Shown here piece by piece: positions 15,519-25,446 of a DNA stretch of 31,821 nucleotides. The stretch spans positions 1 to 31,821 of the forward strand of contig JAEORO010000023.1 in the NCBI GenBank assembly GCA_016840855.1. The letters are read 5' to 3'. Each line of letters opens with the position of its first letter. The stretch's first letter is position 1. This DNA comes from Candidatus Thorarchaeota archaeon (GTDB taxonomy: Archaea > Asgardarchaeota > Thorarchaeia > Thorarchaeales > Thorarchaeaceae). A program made the position numbers and the translations under genes. Under the pieces are notes generated by a model. The model worked only from the letters and a program-made list of their open reading frames with translations. It had not been told where the DNA came from and did not search any database.

Positions 15519-16859
15519 GTGTTGGAAATGATGCACACAAGCGATCTGAAACCACTATGGCCATATCTCCTTTTTCTACCTGCAGAAATTGAAAAACGTG
15601 ATGAGTTCATTCGATCTGTGCTTGCATCTCGATTGGCTCGAAGTGTGTTAACTAGTTTTGATGAAACAGGTCGGGTACTACAGCGAAATCTGATAGAAAC
15701 TCTTTCTCATTCAAACAAAAGTATCTTGGCGTACCTGAAAACTCTTGGTCACTATGGTCTAATTACAACAGGAACTACAGTTCATCATGGAAAACGTGTT
15801 GTTTACCACGAATTAACAAAGAATGGATGGGGCTTAGCGAGATTCTTTTTTGAAGGATTACCATCCGACGTTGAACAACTGACAGCTTTCCTACTTGAAG
15901 ATTACTTGATTCGCCTAGCAACGCTATATCGTGATGAAGGCATGTCAGAGTCTGCTCTCTTTGATATTTTCGCACGCACAAGGGCAAAAGCGATTCTTGA
16001 TGGATCCAAGAAATATACCAATCCTGATTTCGTTCTTTTTGGTGCTTCAGCGTTCTACACACTGATTAATTGTGGAGCAATGCCTAGTGTAGGAGGAATG
16101 TCAAGTTGCAGTTCTCCTGTTAGACGTTCTGGAGGTCCAACAGTCGAACTAGCCATTTCGCTAGCAAATCAGGGCTTTGAAACAGTGCTTGTTTCATCAG
16201 TGGGTAATGATATTGATGGTTGGAATATTATAACTAATCTGATTCAAGGAAATATCGATGTCCACCATATCATCGTTGATGATCAGAAACATACCAACCA
16301 GACCATCGTAGTTAACGACACTAAGGGTTCTCGAGAGTTCGTTGGCGTGGGTCCATTAACCTCCCTTTCCATAACATCCCCTCAACAAGTACCTTGGCAT
16401 ATTATTGAAAATTCGAAGTCAGTGTATATCGGTGAAGTGTTTGTTGAAGTCGCATCATCAATAGCTGCAAATGCTAAAGCACAAAATATCCCTGTATTCT
16501 ATAGGTGCTCAGTGCCATTTTGGGAGTTGGGCTTTGAAAGACTAAAACCCATTCTTTCTCAAGTTGATATTCTACTAATATCTAACCAGGCTTGGAGATA
16601 TCTTAAGAAATCACACAAACCTGATCCTATTAAGAAGATACAGAGTTCAACAGATGCAGAAATTATCATCAGAGAATCAACAAACAAATATCGTATTGTT
16701 GAACATGAAAAAGATCATCAAATAGAGGGCAGCAGCAATACTAGTGAACTTACTGAATGGTTTGTCACTGGACTTATGCAGGAGATATCCAACGGGTCCA
16801 ATGTTTTTCAAGCGGTACAAAATGCTCTCAAGTTCGAGAAAGACCAGTTAGCTACTTGA
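15519..16859 (+). CDS. Winged-helix + PfkB/ribokinase-fold protein, probably a transcriptional regulator
   Basis: N-terminal wHTH (HSNKSILAYLKTLGHYGLI...VYHELTKNG). PfkB signature 1 is present (GGPTVELAISLANQG...VGNDIDG), but the C-terminal GAGD is absent. Confidence 0.75.
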   Translation: MLEMMHTSDLKPLWPYLLFLPAEIEKRDEFIRSVLASRLARSVLTSFDETGRVLQRNLIETLSHSNKSILAYLKTLGHYGLITTGTTVHHGKRVVYHELTKNGWGLARFFFEGLPSDVEQLTAFLLEDYLIRLATLYRDEGMSESALFDIFARTRAKAILDGSKKYTNPDFVLFGASAFYTLINCGAMPSVGGMSSCSSPVRRSGGPTVELAISLANQGFETVLVSSVGNDIDGWNIITNLIQGNIDVHHIIVDDQKHTNQTIVVNDTKGSREFVGVGPLTSLSITSPQQVPWHIIENSKSVYIGEVFVEVASSIAANAKAQNIPVFYRCSVPFWELGFERLKPILSQVDILLISNQAWRYLKKSHKPDPIKKIQSSTDAEIIIRESTNKYRIVEHEKDHQIEGSSNTSELTEWFVTGLMQEISNGSNVFQAVQNALKFEKDQLAT

Positions 16860-17774
16860 TGAAGCCACAATCCAGAAGAAGAGTCCACCCAGAATCCAAA
16901 CAAAGAGACCTGCACCCAAGATTATGCCAAGAGTTGCTCCCATCCCAGATGAACCTAGATTCACATGCATATTTGTGAAGCTCTTGAACCCACCAACGTA
17001 TTTCGTTTCATAATTGCAGTGAAACTCTTTGTCTGTCACAGCTCCACAGATCTCGCAAACGAATCTATTCTGAAGGGCAGCTCCAAATAGGCTGTCAAGA
17101 TTACATCCAATAAATGCGGTCAAGACTGAGAGTGGCACGAGGACTATCAGTTGTTCTTTGGTTGTTACAGCTGGTACAAAACCCGGTGCCAATATGGCAA
17201 AGAGGAGCGCTAAAACACCAATGAAGAGTCCTGCAAACAATGCAACACCTTCACCAAGAAGTGAGATCGCTCCAATTGTTCCACGTGGCACTTTCCTTCT
17301 CAGGTTTGTAATAAGTCGTGGCTTACTTTTACTAAATACGCCAATTTCGCTTGCCAATGTATCCGCACTAGTAGTAGCAACTGCTCCGATATATCCTCCA
17401 AACATTAGGAATGGCCATCCAGCAGCTGCAAGCTCTGGAAGCAAACCTGTTACATATATGCCTACTGAGAACATCATCGGAATGATGCCACTTCCAAATA
17501 CATTCTTCCAAGATCTTTTTCCTTTACCTTCCTGGGCGAGATTTTGTTTTGCTTTTTCTTTATACTTCATCTTGGTAGCTAAGCCTGCGCTCATGAAGAA
17601 AAATAGGATAATAACGAAAGATACAACGCCTCCAGTGTACCAGATAGTGAACCCAACAACGAATGCACTAATTAAGCCTGATATATCTACAAAATGAAGT
17701 TTGTATGCCAAAGCTCCAAAAAAGGTCATAACCAATAATCCGGAAACAGCCGGATGAGTCAGCATATCGAGCAT
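16848..17774 (-). CDS. DUF92/TMEM19 family membrane protein
   Basis: GKRSWKNVFGSG, ADTLASEIG, PRLIT, VPRGTIGAISLLG and DSLFGAALQ, plus a CxxC...HC motif. Confidence 0.92.
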   Translation of the reverse strand: MLDMLTHPAVSGLLVMTFFGALAYKLHFVDISGLISAFVVGFTIWYTGGVVSFVIILFFFMSAGLATKMKYKEKAKQNLAQEGKGKRSWKNVFGSGIIPMMFSVGIYVTGLLPELAAAGWPFLMFGGYIGAVATTSADTLASEIGVFSKSKPRLITNLRRKVPRGTIGAISLLGEGVALFAGLFIGVLALLFAILAPGFVPAVTTKEQLIVLVPLSVLTAFIGCNLDSLFGAALQNRFVCEICGAVTDKEFHCNYETKYVGGFKSFTNMHVNLGSSGMGATLGIILGAGLFVWILGGLFFWIVASSSS

Positions 17775-18122
17775 TCACATCACATCCAATGAGCATCAGG
17801 TATTTCTCTTATTAGCCAAATCAATCGAAGTCGTTGTTGAATGTTCTATGAGTATATATCATATCCTACTATTCGGGTCTAATTACCAATCTGCGGCACA
17901 AAGTTCGCATTTATAGCTTTGCCTTGTGGATTGCTGTTTTCTCGGGTTTTTTAGACAATATAACGATTTTCCTATGAATGTCGGCATTTGTCGAATCATA
18001 TTTTCACGAAGTATTAATCGGCAAAGGTCGTAAATCCTGCATCCTTTTGAATAAGCTCCCATAAGCCTTATTTTGGTCTTTCAAGACATATGAGTATTTT
18101 ATATTCATATAACACTTATTGA

Positions 18123-21100
18123 TCAATACACTGTAAATTGCTTTTTTACCAGCTCCACAGCCCTAGATGGTAGGGGTCGACCTGATTGCAAGACCATTGC
18201 ATCGAGATAGTATCCTGTAACAACATCAATTGGTGGTGTGACCCAGTTGACCCTGACTACATTTGTTTTTGAGCTGGAGTCAGGCAATGCAACCTCGAAT
18301 TCCTTGATTATATTCCTTTTCGACATTATTCTAATATTCAATGACAAATCTTCTATTTCTATACGCGCACTTTCAACACTCGCAATAATCTCAACAGAAG
18401 ACAGTCTTGCTACTAATCCAGGAATCTCATCCCCTGTTTCATTCCTGATGGAAAATCCAATCTTGAATACTGGATTCTCAATTGCCTTGATTTTGAATCT
18501 CTGTTTTGCCTCATATGATTTAGTTCCGCATCTGAGTGTTGCTCGCATGTGTGCAGTACTCATTTCAGCGCTAAGTGGAATTCTCACAGGAACAGGAAAC
18601 AGTCTTTCTTTCCCTAATTCAAGATCTAGTTCTTGATTTAGTAGTTCTCTATTTCCTCCAATTGATTCTAATTCAACAGTAAGTAGACACTTCATCTTCT
18701 TTTCAACACTACTACGTATCTTGACAGTCGGTTGAATTAATTGATCAGGTTCTGTGTAATTTGGGAGACCTATGAACTCAATTTGAGCGATGTCCATTTG
18801 AGGTCCTCCCATTAAATCAATCTCCACTGATCTTTTGTCAACTTCAATACCTGCAAAATTCAATGAAGCTACTAGGGTGACGGTACGATGATCAACATTC
18901 ACTCGGGGTGCTGGGATCGTTATTGGACCAAATGCCAATGAAAGGTTCCTGCTCTGTTTGACTGATTGAGTTAATACATGATGCTCATCTCCATCTGGAA
19001 AGATGAGAGCGATATTGAGAACTGCTGGTTCTCCCAATTCCGTATTCCTCCTGATTCTCAACCAGCCTGTCAATTTCCCACCGATATGTGTTCTCTGAGG
19101 AACTCTCAGAGAATCGATGTTTACTCTAGCTGCAACTTGCTCTATTCTAAATCTGTCTGACTCGCCCGATGCAATGGTCTTCCCTTTCTCTTTCAACGAT
19201 GCTCTGATTATACCCGCTCTATCAGCGGGACTTTCAAAAGACATCACCGGTATTTTCCATAGAAAACTTACAGCTCCTGCTGTGAATTCTTCATTCAGAA
19301 ACTCTTCAATTAGATACGTTCGTCCAGAGTCACTCCCAAATTCTAATAGCAGTCGAGTATCTTCTCCAGTTCTCCGTCCAAGATTGCTAACAAGTATATC
19401 CCCAGAAATGGTTTCTCCAATAGTGTACTCACTCTTCAGCTCAGTGTTTAAGATGACCTGAGGTCCTCTTTTGACGAAACCAACATAGAATGGTTTTGAA
19501 ACAGTTTCTGCAATCTCAACTCCACTCTCATTGAAGAGACTGATTTGTAATATACATCTCTCAACACCATCAGAGGCGTCAAATGGGATTAGAATAGGCT
19601 GAAATTTGGTGTTGTCAAATCTGGTAATGTCACCACTTTCTACTAACAATGAATCCTGTGAGGTAACAAGGACTCTCTCCATGCCTGGTGCGATGACACT
19701 AACATGGCACTGAACTACTGTTTGTGATGGATAGTTTGTTTCTATCTGCCCATCAAATAGAACAGGCGTTTTCCCATCAGCAAACTGTGTTGTTGTCCTT
19801 GGTTTGATTGATGTTCTCATCCAATACATGTTGATTGTACTTGTCAGATTCAAAAGTCTTCCAACAAAACCAACTTCTGCAATGATGTTATAGGCAGTGA
19901 TATTTTTTTTAGTTTTGAATAGAACATCAGAAACACGAATCTCTCCGTTTTCTATGCTTGGTATCGTTAGAACATTTCTTTCAATAACATTTCTTTCAGA
20001 GTCCTCTATTGAGTAGGAGATTGAAATATCCTCAAGCAGTCTGCCTGTTGTGTTTTTTACTAAGAAATTAAATTGTACGTCTTGACCTGCAAAGACTCTA
20101 TCAGCATCGATGATAATCTCAGGTTCGAGACCTTTCCACCAGCATAACCAAGTTGGAAGGTGAGGCGTTCCCTCAAATGGGTCGTATAGCCAGTTTGTAC
20201 TGCACTCTCTAGTCACTTCTGAAAGTTTTTTCATTAGCACTACCATGTTATTATCTGACTTTGCATAGACTTCTAATTGAAAGTCAGCACTTGTTGTCCG
20301 AGCCTCAACAAATTCACTCCCAAAAACAGAAACTAATAGTGCTTGGATGAATGGGTTCTCAACTATATGGAGCTCTTCAAGTTCATCTTTAATTAGATAG
20401 AGCATGGAAATAATGGCATCACCCAAGTATCTGTTTTTCTTTGCTTCATTGATTTGTCCATCATCTGTAATTTGTTGATTGTATATCTTGGTATAGGAAG
20501 ACCCCTTGATGTCCTCTGCTGATCGAAATGGACCCCATAGTCCTGCTGATAATGCGGACTCTCTATTGGCTGCTAAGGTTTTAGGTCCCACATCTGGGAT
20601 TGTTTCACCTTTTTCGATCATCTTTTTTGCTTTGAGAGCCAATGCTTGAAGAAGCAAAGCGAGACCGATACGTCGTGGTATTGACAATTGAGTGTCGAAT
20701 ACTCGAATTTCGATAGTACCAAAATCAGTGAAAGGATACATATCTACCATACGAGCATAGCTTCGGTTTACATGGCGGGCAAAGGATTCTTTATCTGACC
20801 CACGTAGATATGGAATCAGCTCAAACTCATTTGTTGGACCCATCTGTGTAGTATTTCTAAACAATCTGATGGACCTTTTACATCGCGGCGCTCGTACTCG
20901 TCCATCATCAGATATCGAAATCTCATCACTTGGTTTTTTATTTTCAAATGGCGAGTTGACTGATAGAGCAATGAGATGTGGAAGGAAATTCCTTATCATG
21001 TTGTAGACTGCAATCTTTGTCTTCTCATCAATATTTGAACCTAGGATATGATGATGTTCTCCGAAAGAAAGATTTCTCACATATTCTTGAGTTGGGTTTA

Positions 21101-21566
21101 GTCCAGTGGATACCAGAATCGCCTTCGAATCACTTGGGAGGGATTCCTGCGATATCGCAATTAGTGTCTGAATCCACCAAGCAAGTTCCTCAAGTGTCGT
21201 ACAAGGTGGTGTAGCAATTTCAAGAATCCATGTTAAACTAGTTACATTGGGGTCATGCCCTAAAAGCGTGTATTCTTTTGTTTGCCCGTTTGGGTCTTCA
21301 TATGACACAACAATTCTTGATCCTCTCTCTCCTTCTTCCGTTTGAGCTGATTGTTTGTATTTTCTCTTTACTGATGATACTGTTGAAATGCGAATTCTCT
21401 TTTCTAATAATCCCTTGGCGTTAGATACGATTCCATCAAAGATTTGGAGAATGTCTTCTCCGCGTATCCATGTTCCATCTTTTCTTATGACTTGGAGTTC
21501 TACTTCTATTCCATGAGGGAAAGGAATCATCATCTCCGAGTTATCAACAGTCGTGCCCATTTTCAC
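18123..21566 (-). CDS. GCS2/YbdK-type carboxylate-amine (glutamate-cysteine ligase-like) ligase fused to ~670 aa of Ig-like domains
   Basis: GIEVELQV, LEIAT, GEHHH, ALSVNSPF and TIEIRVFD motifs in residues ~1-480. The rest is repeated beta-sandwich-like sequence. No signal peptide or TM. Likely start ATG 21560. Confidence 0.85.
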   Translation of the reverse strand: MKMGTTVDNSEMMIPFPHGIEVELQVIRKDGTWIRGEDILQIFDGIVSNAKGLLEKRIRISTVSSVKRKYKQSAQTEEGERGSRIVVSYEDPNGQTKEYTLLGHDPNVTSLTWILEIATPPCTTLEELAWWIQTLIAISQESLPSDSKAILVSTGLNPTQEYVRNLSFGEHHHILGSNIDEKTKIAVYNMIRNFLPHLIALSVNSPFENKKPSDEISISDDGRVRAPRCKRSIRLFRNTTQMGPTNEFELIPYLRGSDKESFARHVNRSYARMVDMYPFTDFGTIEIRVFDTQLSIPRRIGLALLLQALALKAKKMIEKGETIPDVGPKTLAANRESALSAGLWGPFRSAEDIKGSSYTKIYNQQITDDGQINEAKKNRYLGDAIISMLYLIKDELEELHIVENPFIQALLVSVFGSEFVEARTTSADFQLEVYAKSDNNMVVLMKKLSEVTRECSTNWLYDPFEGTPHLPTWLCWWKGLEPEIIIDADRVFAGQDVQFNFLVKNTTGRLLEDISISYSIEDSERNVIERNVLTIPSIENGEIRVSDVLFKTKKNITAYNIIAEVGFVGRLLNLTSTINMYWMRTSIKPRTTTQFADGKTPVLFDGQIETNYPSQTVVQCHVSVIAPGMERVLVTSQDSLLVESGDITRFDNTKFQPILIPFDASDGVERCILQISLFNESGVEIAETVSKPFYVGFVKRGPQVILNTELKSEYTIGETISGDILVSNLGRRTGEDTRLLLEFGSDSGRTYLIEEFLNEEFTAGAVSFLWKIPVMSFESPADRAGIIRASLKEKGKTIASGESDRFRIEQVAARVNIDSLRVPQRTHIGGKLTGWLRIRRNTELGEPAVLNIALIFPDGDEHHVLTQSVKQSRNLSLAFGPITIPAPRVNVDHRTVTLVASLNFAGIEVDKRSVEIDLMGGPQMDIAQIEFIGLPNYTEPDQLIQPTVKIRSSVEKKMKCLLTVELESIGGNRELLNQELDLELGKERLFPVPVRIPLSAEMSTAHMRATLRCGTKSYEAKQRFKIKAIENPVFKIGFSIRNETGDEIPGLVARLSSVEIIASVESARIEIEDLSLNIRIMSKRNIIKEFEVALPDSSSKTNVVRVNWVTPPIDVVTGYYLDAMVLQSGRPLPSRAVELVKKQFTVY

Positions 21567-21570
21567 TCAC

Positions 21571-22239
21571 CTAAAACGAAGCAATGGTGTTAAGTATCTC
21601 AATTACTCTAGCACCGTTCTCGGCTATCTGGCGAGAGAGTGTTAACTCGACTATCATTATATCGCGTCTTTTATCAAATGATTTTACGATTTCATAAGAT
21701 AACAGACCACCACCAAATTCACCATTATCTCTGATTATTTTAAAGCCAATTTTTTCTAAATCTGCATCCAATTTAGATAGACGAATGTGGTTGCCTGTAG
21801 CATACCTAGTTCCCCTAATGACTACCAACTCTTTCTCAAGCGGAGCAGGAAGCTCTGCCCATCTCAAATTGATAATATATTCCAAGCTTCGTTTCTTATC
21901 TTCAGCATGCAGCATGTTCAATATGCTTTCAACTGTTATCGAGGTTTCACTACGGTCTCCGGATTTGATTAAAGATGGAATATCTCGACCTCGACCCTTC
22001 TCTGTGAGTATTTTTTCTAGTGGGTCTCCCTGTATCAGTGCTGTAGGGACACAAACAATACCTTTTGATACGCCTTGAATATACTCTCCACTTGTAGCAA
22101 AATCACTCACTTTTAATTTGCTTTCAATGGGCTTCAGTGCTTTATTTAAATTTGAAATTGTTGTTAGTAGATCTTGTAAGACACTTTCTGTACGCTCAAG
22201 TTCCTTGAGGAGACTTCTATGGTTATTGGATCTACTCAT
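21571..22239 (-). CDS. Coiled coil + degenerate N-formylglutamate amidohydrolase-like domain
   Basis: GFKIIRDNGEFGGGLLSYEI...IMIVELTLSRQI resembles the FGase C-terminal N.PF.GG.IT...QIEI.R motif. The Zn-ligand positions appear substituted. Confidence 0.5.
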   Translation of the reverse strand: MSRSNNHRSLLKELERTESVLQDLLTTISNLNKALKPIESKLKVSDFATSGEYIQGVSKGIVCVPTALIQGDPLEKILTEKGRGRDIPSLIKSGDRSETSITVESILNMLHAEDKKRSLEYIINLRWAELPAPLEKELVVIRGTRYATGNHIRLSKLDADLEKIGFKIIRDNGEFGGGLLSYEIVKSFDKRRDIMIVELTLSRQIAENGARVIEILNTIASF

Positions 22240-22321
22240 GTGTTGGAACCACTCTTTGGTAATTCACCAATAGCAGAGAATGCGATTGAATCGTTATTAT
22301 ATTTATTAGTTCAACAGAACC

Positions 22322-22810
22322 TTACTGCTCAGCAATAAGCTCAAGCAGTTCAGAAATTTTTTCTCGAAGCTCCTTCAAACGATACCATGTAGACTCACGT
22401 CCTCTCTGTTCTAGTAGCTTCTGAATTAGAATATTATAATCCATCCCCGCCAAGTCTCCTAGAAGAATCATTGCTTTTTCTGATGTGAAATGCGATGCGT
22501 TGACCCTACCATCTTTGAATCTTTTTATAAGAGGGAGGAGTGCGGTTTCCGCAGAATCAACTTTAATCAATGCTTGTCTAAAGTGATCTTTTGGATCTTT
22601 GATTGCATATCCTCCAATGAGTGGCGTCATTCCCACTCCAACTGACCCTTTGAAAACTTCATCCAAATTATCTTGTGCATCTTTAAAATGTTCATCTGCG
22701 CTAACTAAACATTTCCTGATAGCTCGGAGAATTCTTGGTCTATCTTCGCTCTCTGTCAAGACCTCACCTCTAGCCTTAGTGATATGCAAATAATCCGGGC
22801 GGTCACCCAT
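22322..22810 (-). CDS. Hypothetical all-helical protein
   Basis: 162-aa ATG ORF, 27 nt downstream of oppF and co-oriented, with amphipathic helices. Confidence 0.7.
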   Translation of the reverse strand: MGDRPDYLHITKARGEVLTESEDRPRILRAIRKCLVSADEHFKDAQDNLDEVFKGSVGVGMTPLIGGYAIKDPKDHFRQALIKVDSAETALLPLIKRFKDGRVNASHFTSEKAMILLGDLAGMDYNILIQKLLEQRGRESTWYRLKELREKISELLELIAEQ

Positions 22811-22837
22811 AGCCCCCGTGATTCATAATCATTACAC

Positions 22838-23899
22838 TCACAGCTGTGCTTCAGGTAGTTCTCCTGCAAAGTGACATGCTACAAAATGATTGTTTCCCAT
22901 GTCACGATCTTCAGGCACCTCTCTCACACAAATCTCCTGTGCGTATGGACATCGTGGATGAAAACGACATCCTGATGGGACATTAATGGGGCTAGGAGGT
23001 TCTCCCTTAAGTGATTCTACTCTTCTTTTCACGGTTGGGTCTCCGGATGGAACAGCTGAAATAAGTGCTCGAGTATAGGGATGCAATGGTCCGAATGCTA
23101 CATCATGAGCAGGACCTATCTCCATTATTTTACCTAAGTACATAATGCCAATCCGATCTGCAATATAAGTGGCAACTGCAAGATCATGTGTGATGAACAA
23201 GTAGGTAAGACTAAGCTCTTCTCTCAATGTGAGGAGCAAGTTCAGAATTTCTGCTCTGATTGAAACATCTAGCATCGATACTGGTTCATCAGCTACCATG
23301 AACTCAGGGTGAAGAATCAGAGCTCTAGCAACTGAAATTCTTTGACGTTGTCCACCTGAGAGTTCATGTGGAAATCTGTCAATATAATCTGCTGCTGGTG
23401 TTAGAGCAACACTTTCCAGTGCTTCAAGGACTCTCTCTCGCCTCTGACTCGGAGTAAGAGGAATCTTATGAACAAGCAGCGGCTCTTCAACAATACTGAA
23501 AATACTCTGTTTAGGATTCAGAGATTCATATGGGTCTTGGAATGTGATCTGCATTCTTTTCCGCAGTTCTTTAATCTCATTACGGTCCAAAGTGGATAGG
23601 TTCTGGCCTGCATAAACGATGTCACCATCAGTGGGAACTTCGAGATGAAGCACACACCTACCTGTTGTAGTTTTGCCACACCCACTTTCACCTGCAAGCA
23701 CAAGGACCTCGCCTTTAACGATGTCGAATGTCACCCCATCTACAGCTTTCACAAACAATTCCTGTTTGTATAATAGGGAGGAGAGAAAACCCGTATTCAC
23801 AGGGAACCACTTGCGCATATTCTTCACAGAAATTAAAGTTTCACCATCTTTAATGTCTACGGAACCTTGTAGAACTCTTGATTTGTCAACTGTCATCAT
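22838..23899 (-). CDS. oppF: Oligopeptide/dipeptide ABC transporter ATP-binding subunit
   Basis: GESGCGKT, LSGGQRQR, ADEP, HPYT and the C-terminal GCRFHPRCP...C...VACH. Confidence 0.95.
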   Translation of the reverse strand: MMTVDKSRVLQGSVDIKDGETLISVKNMRKWFPVNTGFLSSLLYKQELFVKAVDGVTFDIVKGEVLVLAGESGCGKTTTGRCVLHLEVPTDGDIVYAGQNLSTLDRNEIKELRKRMQITFQDPYESLNPKQSIFSIVEEPLLVHKIPLTPSQRRERVLEALESVALTPAADYIDRFPHELSGGQRQRISVARALILHPEFMVADEPVSMLDVSIRAEILNLLLTLREELSLTYLFITHDLAVATYIADRIGIMYLGKIMEIGPAHDVAFGPLHPYTRALISAVPSGDPTVKRRVESLKGEPPSPINVPSGCRFHPRCPYAQEICVREVPEDRDMGNNHFVACHFAGELPEAQL

Positions 23900-23902
23900 T
23901 GA

Positions 23903-24907
23903 TCACTCCAAATCTATCTCCATCTCTCCTTTGAGTTGGTCCGCAAAGTGACATGCCACAAACCTATCAGGCTCAATCTCCTCAAATGGTGGATCCTCCT
24001 TTGAACAGATATCCTGTGCATATGGACATCGTGGATGGAAGCGACACCCTGATGGAGGTTCAATAAGATCGGGCGGTGAACCAGGAATTGAGGTGAGTTT
24101 CTTTTTCTCCGCCTTTATCATACTTGGAATAGCTCCCACCAGACCGGTAGCATAAGGATGAACCGGTTCTTTGAATACTGATACTACATCAGCAAGCTCT
24201 GCAATTTTTCCTGCATACATGATTGCTGTTTTGTCACAGGTTTCAGCTATAACACTCAAGTCATGTGTTATGAGAATGAGTGACAGACCAAGATCTTTCT
24301 GCAACTTTTGCATGAGCTTTAGAATTTGAGCTTGAATCGTAACATCTAGGGCTGTGGTAGGCTCATCTGCAATTACTAAATCCGGGTTGCATGCAAGTGC
24401 CATGGCAATCATGGCTCTTTGACGCATTCCACCTGAGAACTCATGGGGGTAGTTGTGAATGCGGCTAGGATCAAGACCTACCATTTCAAAAAGTTTAGCA
24501 CAACGGTCGAGAGCTTCTTCCTCAGTCACGTTTTCGTGCATCAGAATTGCTTCAGCAATCTGCTCTCCTATCTCAAAAACTGGATTTAATGCATTCATAG
24601 CACCTTGGAAAACAATAGCTACATTCTTCCAGCGAATATCCCGCATCTCTTTGGCAGTCTTCCGAATTAAGTCATCACCCTTGAAGAACACATTTCCGCC
24701 AAGTATGTTTGCAGCAGGTGGAAGAAGCTGCATTATCGAGTAGGCAAGACTGCTTTTCCCGCAGCCTGACTCGCCTGCAAGTCCTATCGATTCTCCTGGT
24801 TCAAGTGTGAGAGACACATCATCGACTGCTTTCACCAAACCTTTCTGAGTCTTATAATACATTCTCAGATTCCGAATATCTAGCAGGGGCATGTTTGTAC
24901 ACTCCAT
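23903..24907 (-). CDS. oppD: Oligopeptide/dipeptide ABC transporter ATP-binding subunit
   Basis: GESGCGKS, FSGGMRQR, DEPTTALDVTIQAQIL, HPY and GCRFHPRCP. Likely start ATG 24892. Confidence 0.95.
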   Translation of the reverse strand: MECTNMPLLDIRNLRMYYKTQKGLVKAVDDVSLTLEPGESIGLAGESGCGKSSLAYSIMQLLPPAANILGGNVFFKGDDLIRKTAKEMRDIRWKNVAIVFQGAMNALNPVFEIGEQIAEAILMHENVTEEEALDRCAKLFEMVGLDPSRIHNYPHEFSGGMRQRAMIAMALACNPDLVIADEPTTALDVTIQAQILKLMQKLQKDLGLSLILITHDLSVIAETCDKTAIMYAGKIAELADVVSVFKEPVHPYATGLVGAIPSMIKAEKKKLTSIPGSPPDLIEPPSGCRFHPRCPYAQDICSKEDPPFEEIEPDRFVACHFADQLKGEMEIDLE

Positions 24908-25110
24908 CGAGCCTTCGATGGCTCTGGGCGTGGAATCACCTCACCCTATTGGGCTATCGAAGCCAGTTGGTTGGCTTAAATATGTTGCTTTCAAAGACAT
25001 ATATCAGTTGGATAAAGCAATGTGGTTTAATCACAATTGTGAATTTTCTATAGAGACTAAATTCACCTGATTGGAAAAAGTAAAAGGCAATACATTTCAA
25101 ATCAGGTCTG

Positions 25111-25446
25111 TTGATTACAATGCCTGCAATACGATCATTTCCAAGAACAAGAACTGAACCGCGAAAACGAATTTTACTAATTCCCGTTGTACTAATTGTA
25201 CTTGGATATTTGATGCTTGTTGGTTGGTGGATTTTTGGTTTGCTACCTCTCCAGTTTCTTGGTGCAATTCTTGCTCTAACAGGTGTAATGTCTATTTTCC
25301 TAGTTGGAATGGTCTTTGGAGATCTTTGGGCAGCACACAGACGGACTAAACAGATAATCAAATCTCGTGAGGAAAAGGGGCTTCCCAGTGAACGTGATGA
25401 AGACATTATCGAGGATCCATTTGAAGAAACCCTTGACGGGGACTAA
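25111..25446 (+). CDS. Small two-TM membrane protein with acidic tail
   Basis: Basic N-terminus, two hydrophobic stretches and a charged C-terminus (EDIIEDPFEETLDGD). Confidence 0.7.
   Translation: MITMPAIRSFPRTRTEPRKRILLIPVVLIVLGYLMLVGWWIFGLLPLQFLGAILALTGVMSIFLVGMVFGDLWAAHRRTKQIIKSREEKGLPSERDEDIIEDPFEETLDGD

Noticed and set aside
17158-17697. 179-aa + strand ORF, and the other short ORFs nested in or antisense to long genes (for example 18238-18636, 24954-25406, 5070-5423)
   Set aside because: They fully overlap well-supported genes on the opposite strand or frame and carry no recognisable motifs.
17775-18122. 348-bp intergenic gap as a possible ncRNA or tRNA
   Set aside because: AT-rich, with no cloverleaf, convincing C/D boxes or stable stems visible.
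18123-21566. Calling the ligase gshA or pafA
   Set aside because: The fold motifs are shared across the family. The substrate cannot be read from sequence, and no Pup-like (GGE/GGQ-ending) small ORF was seen nearby.
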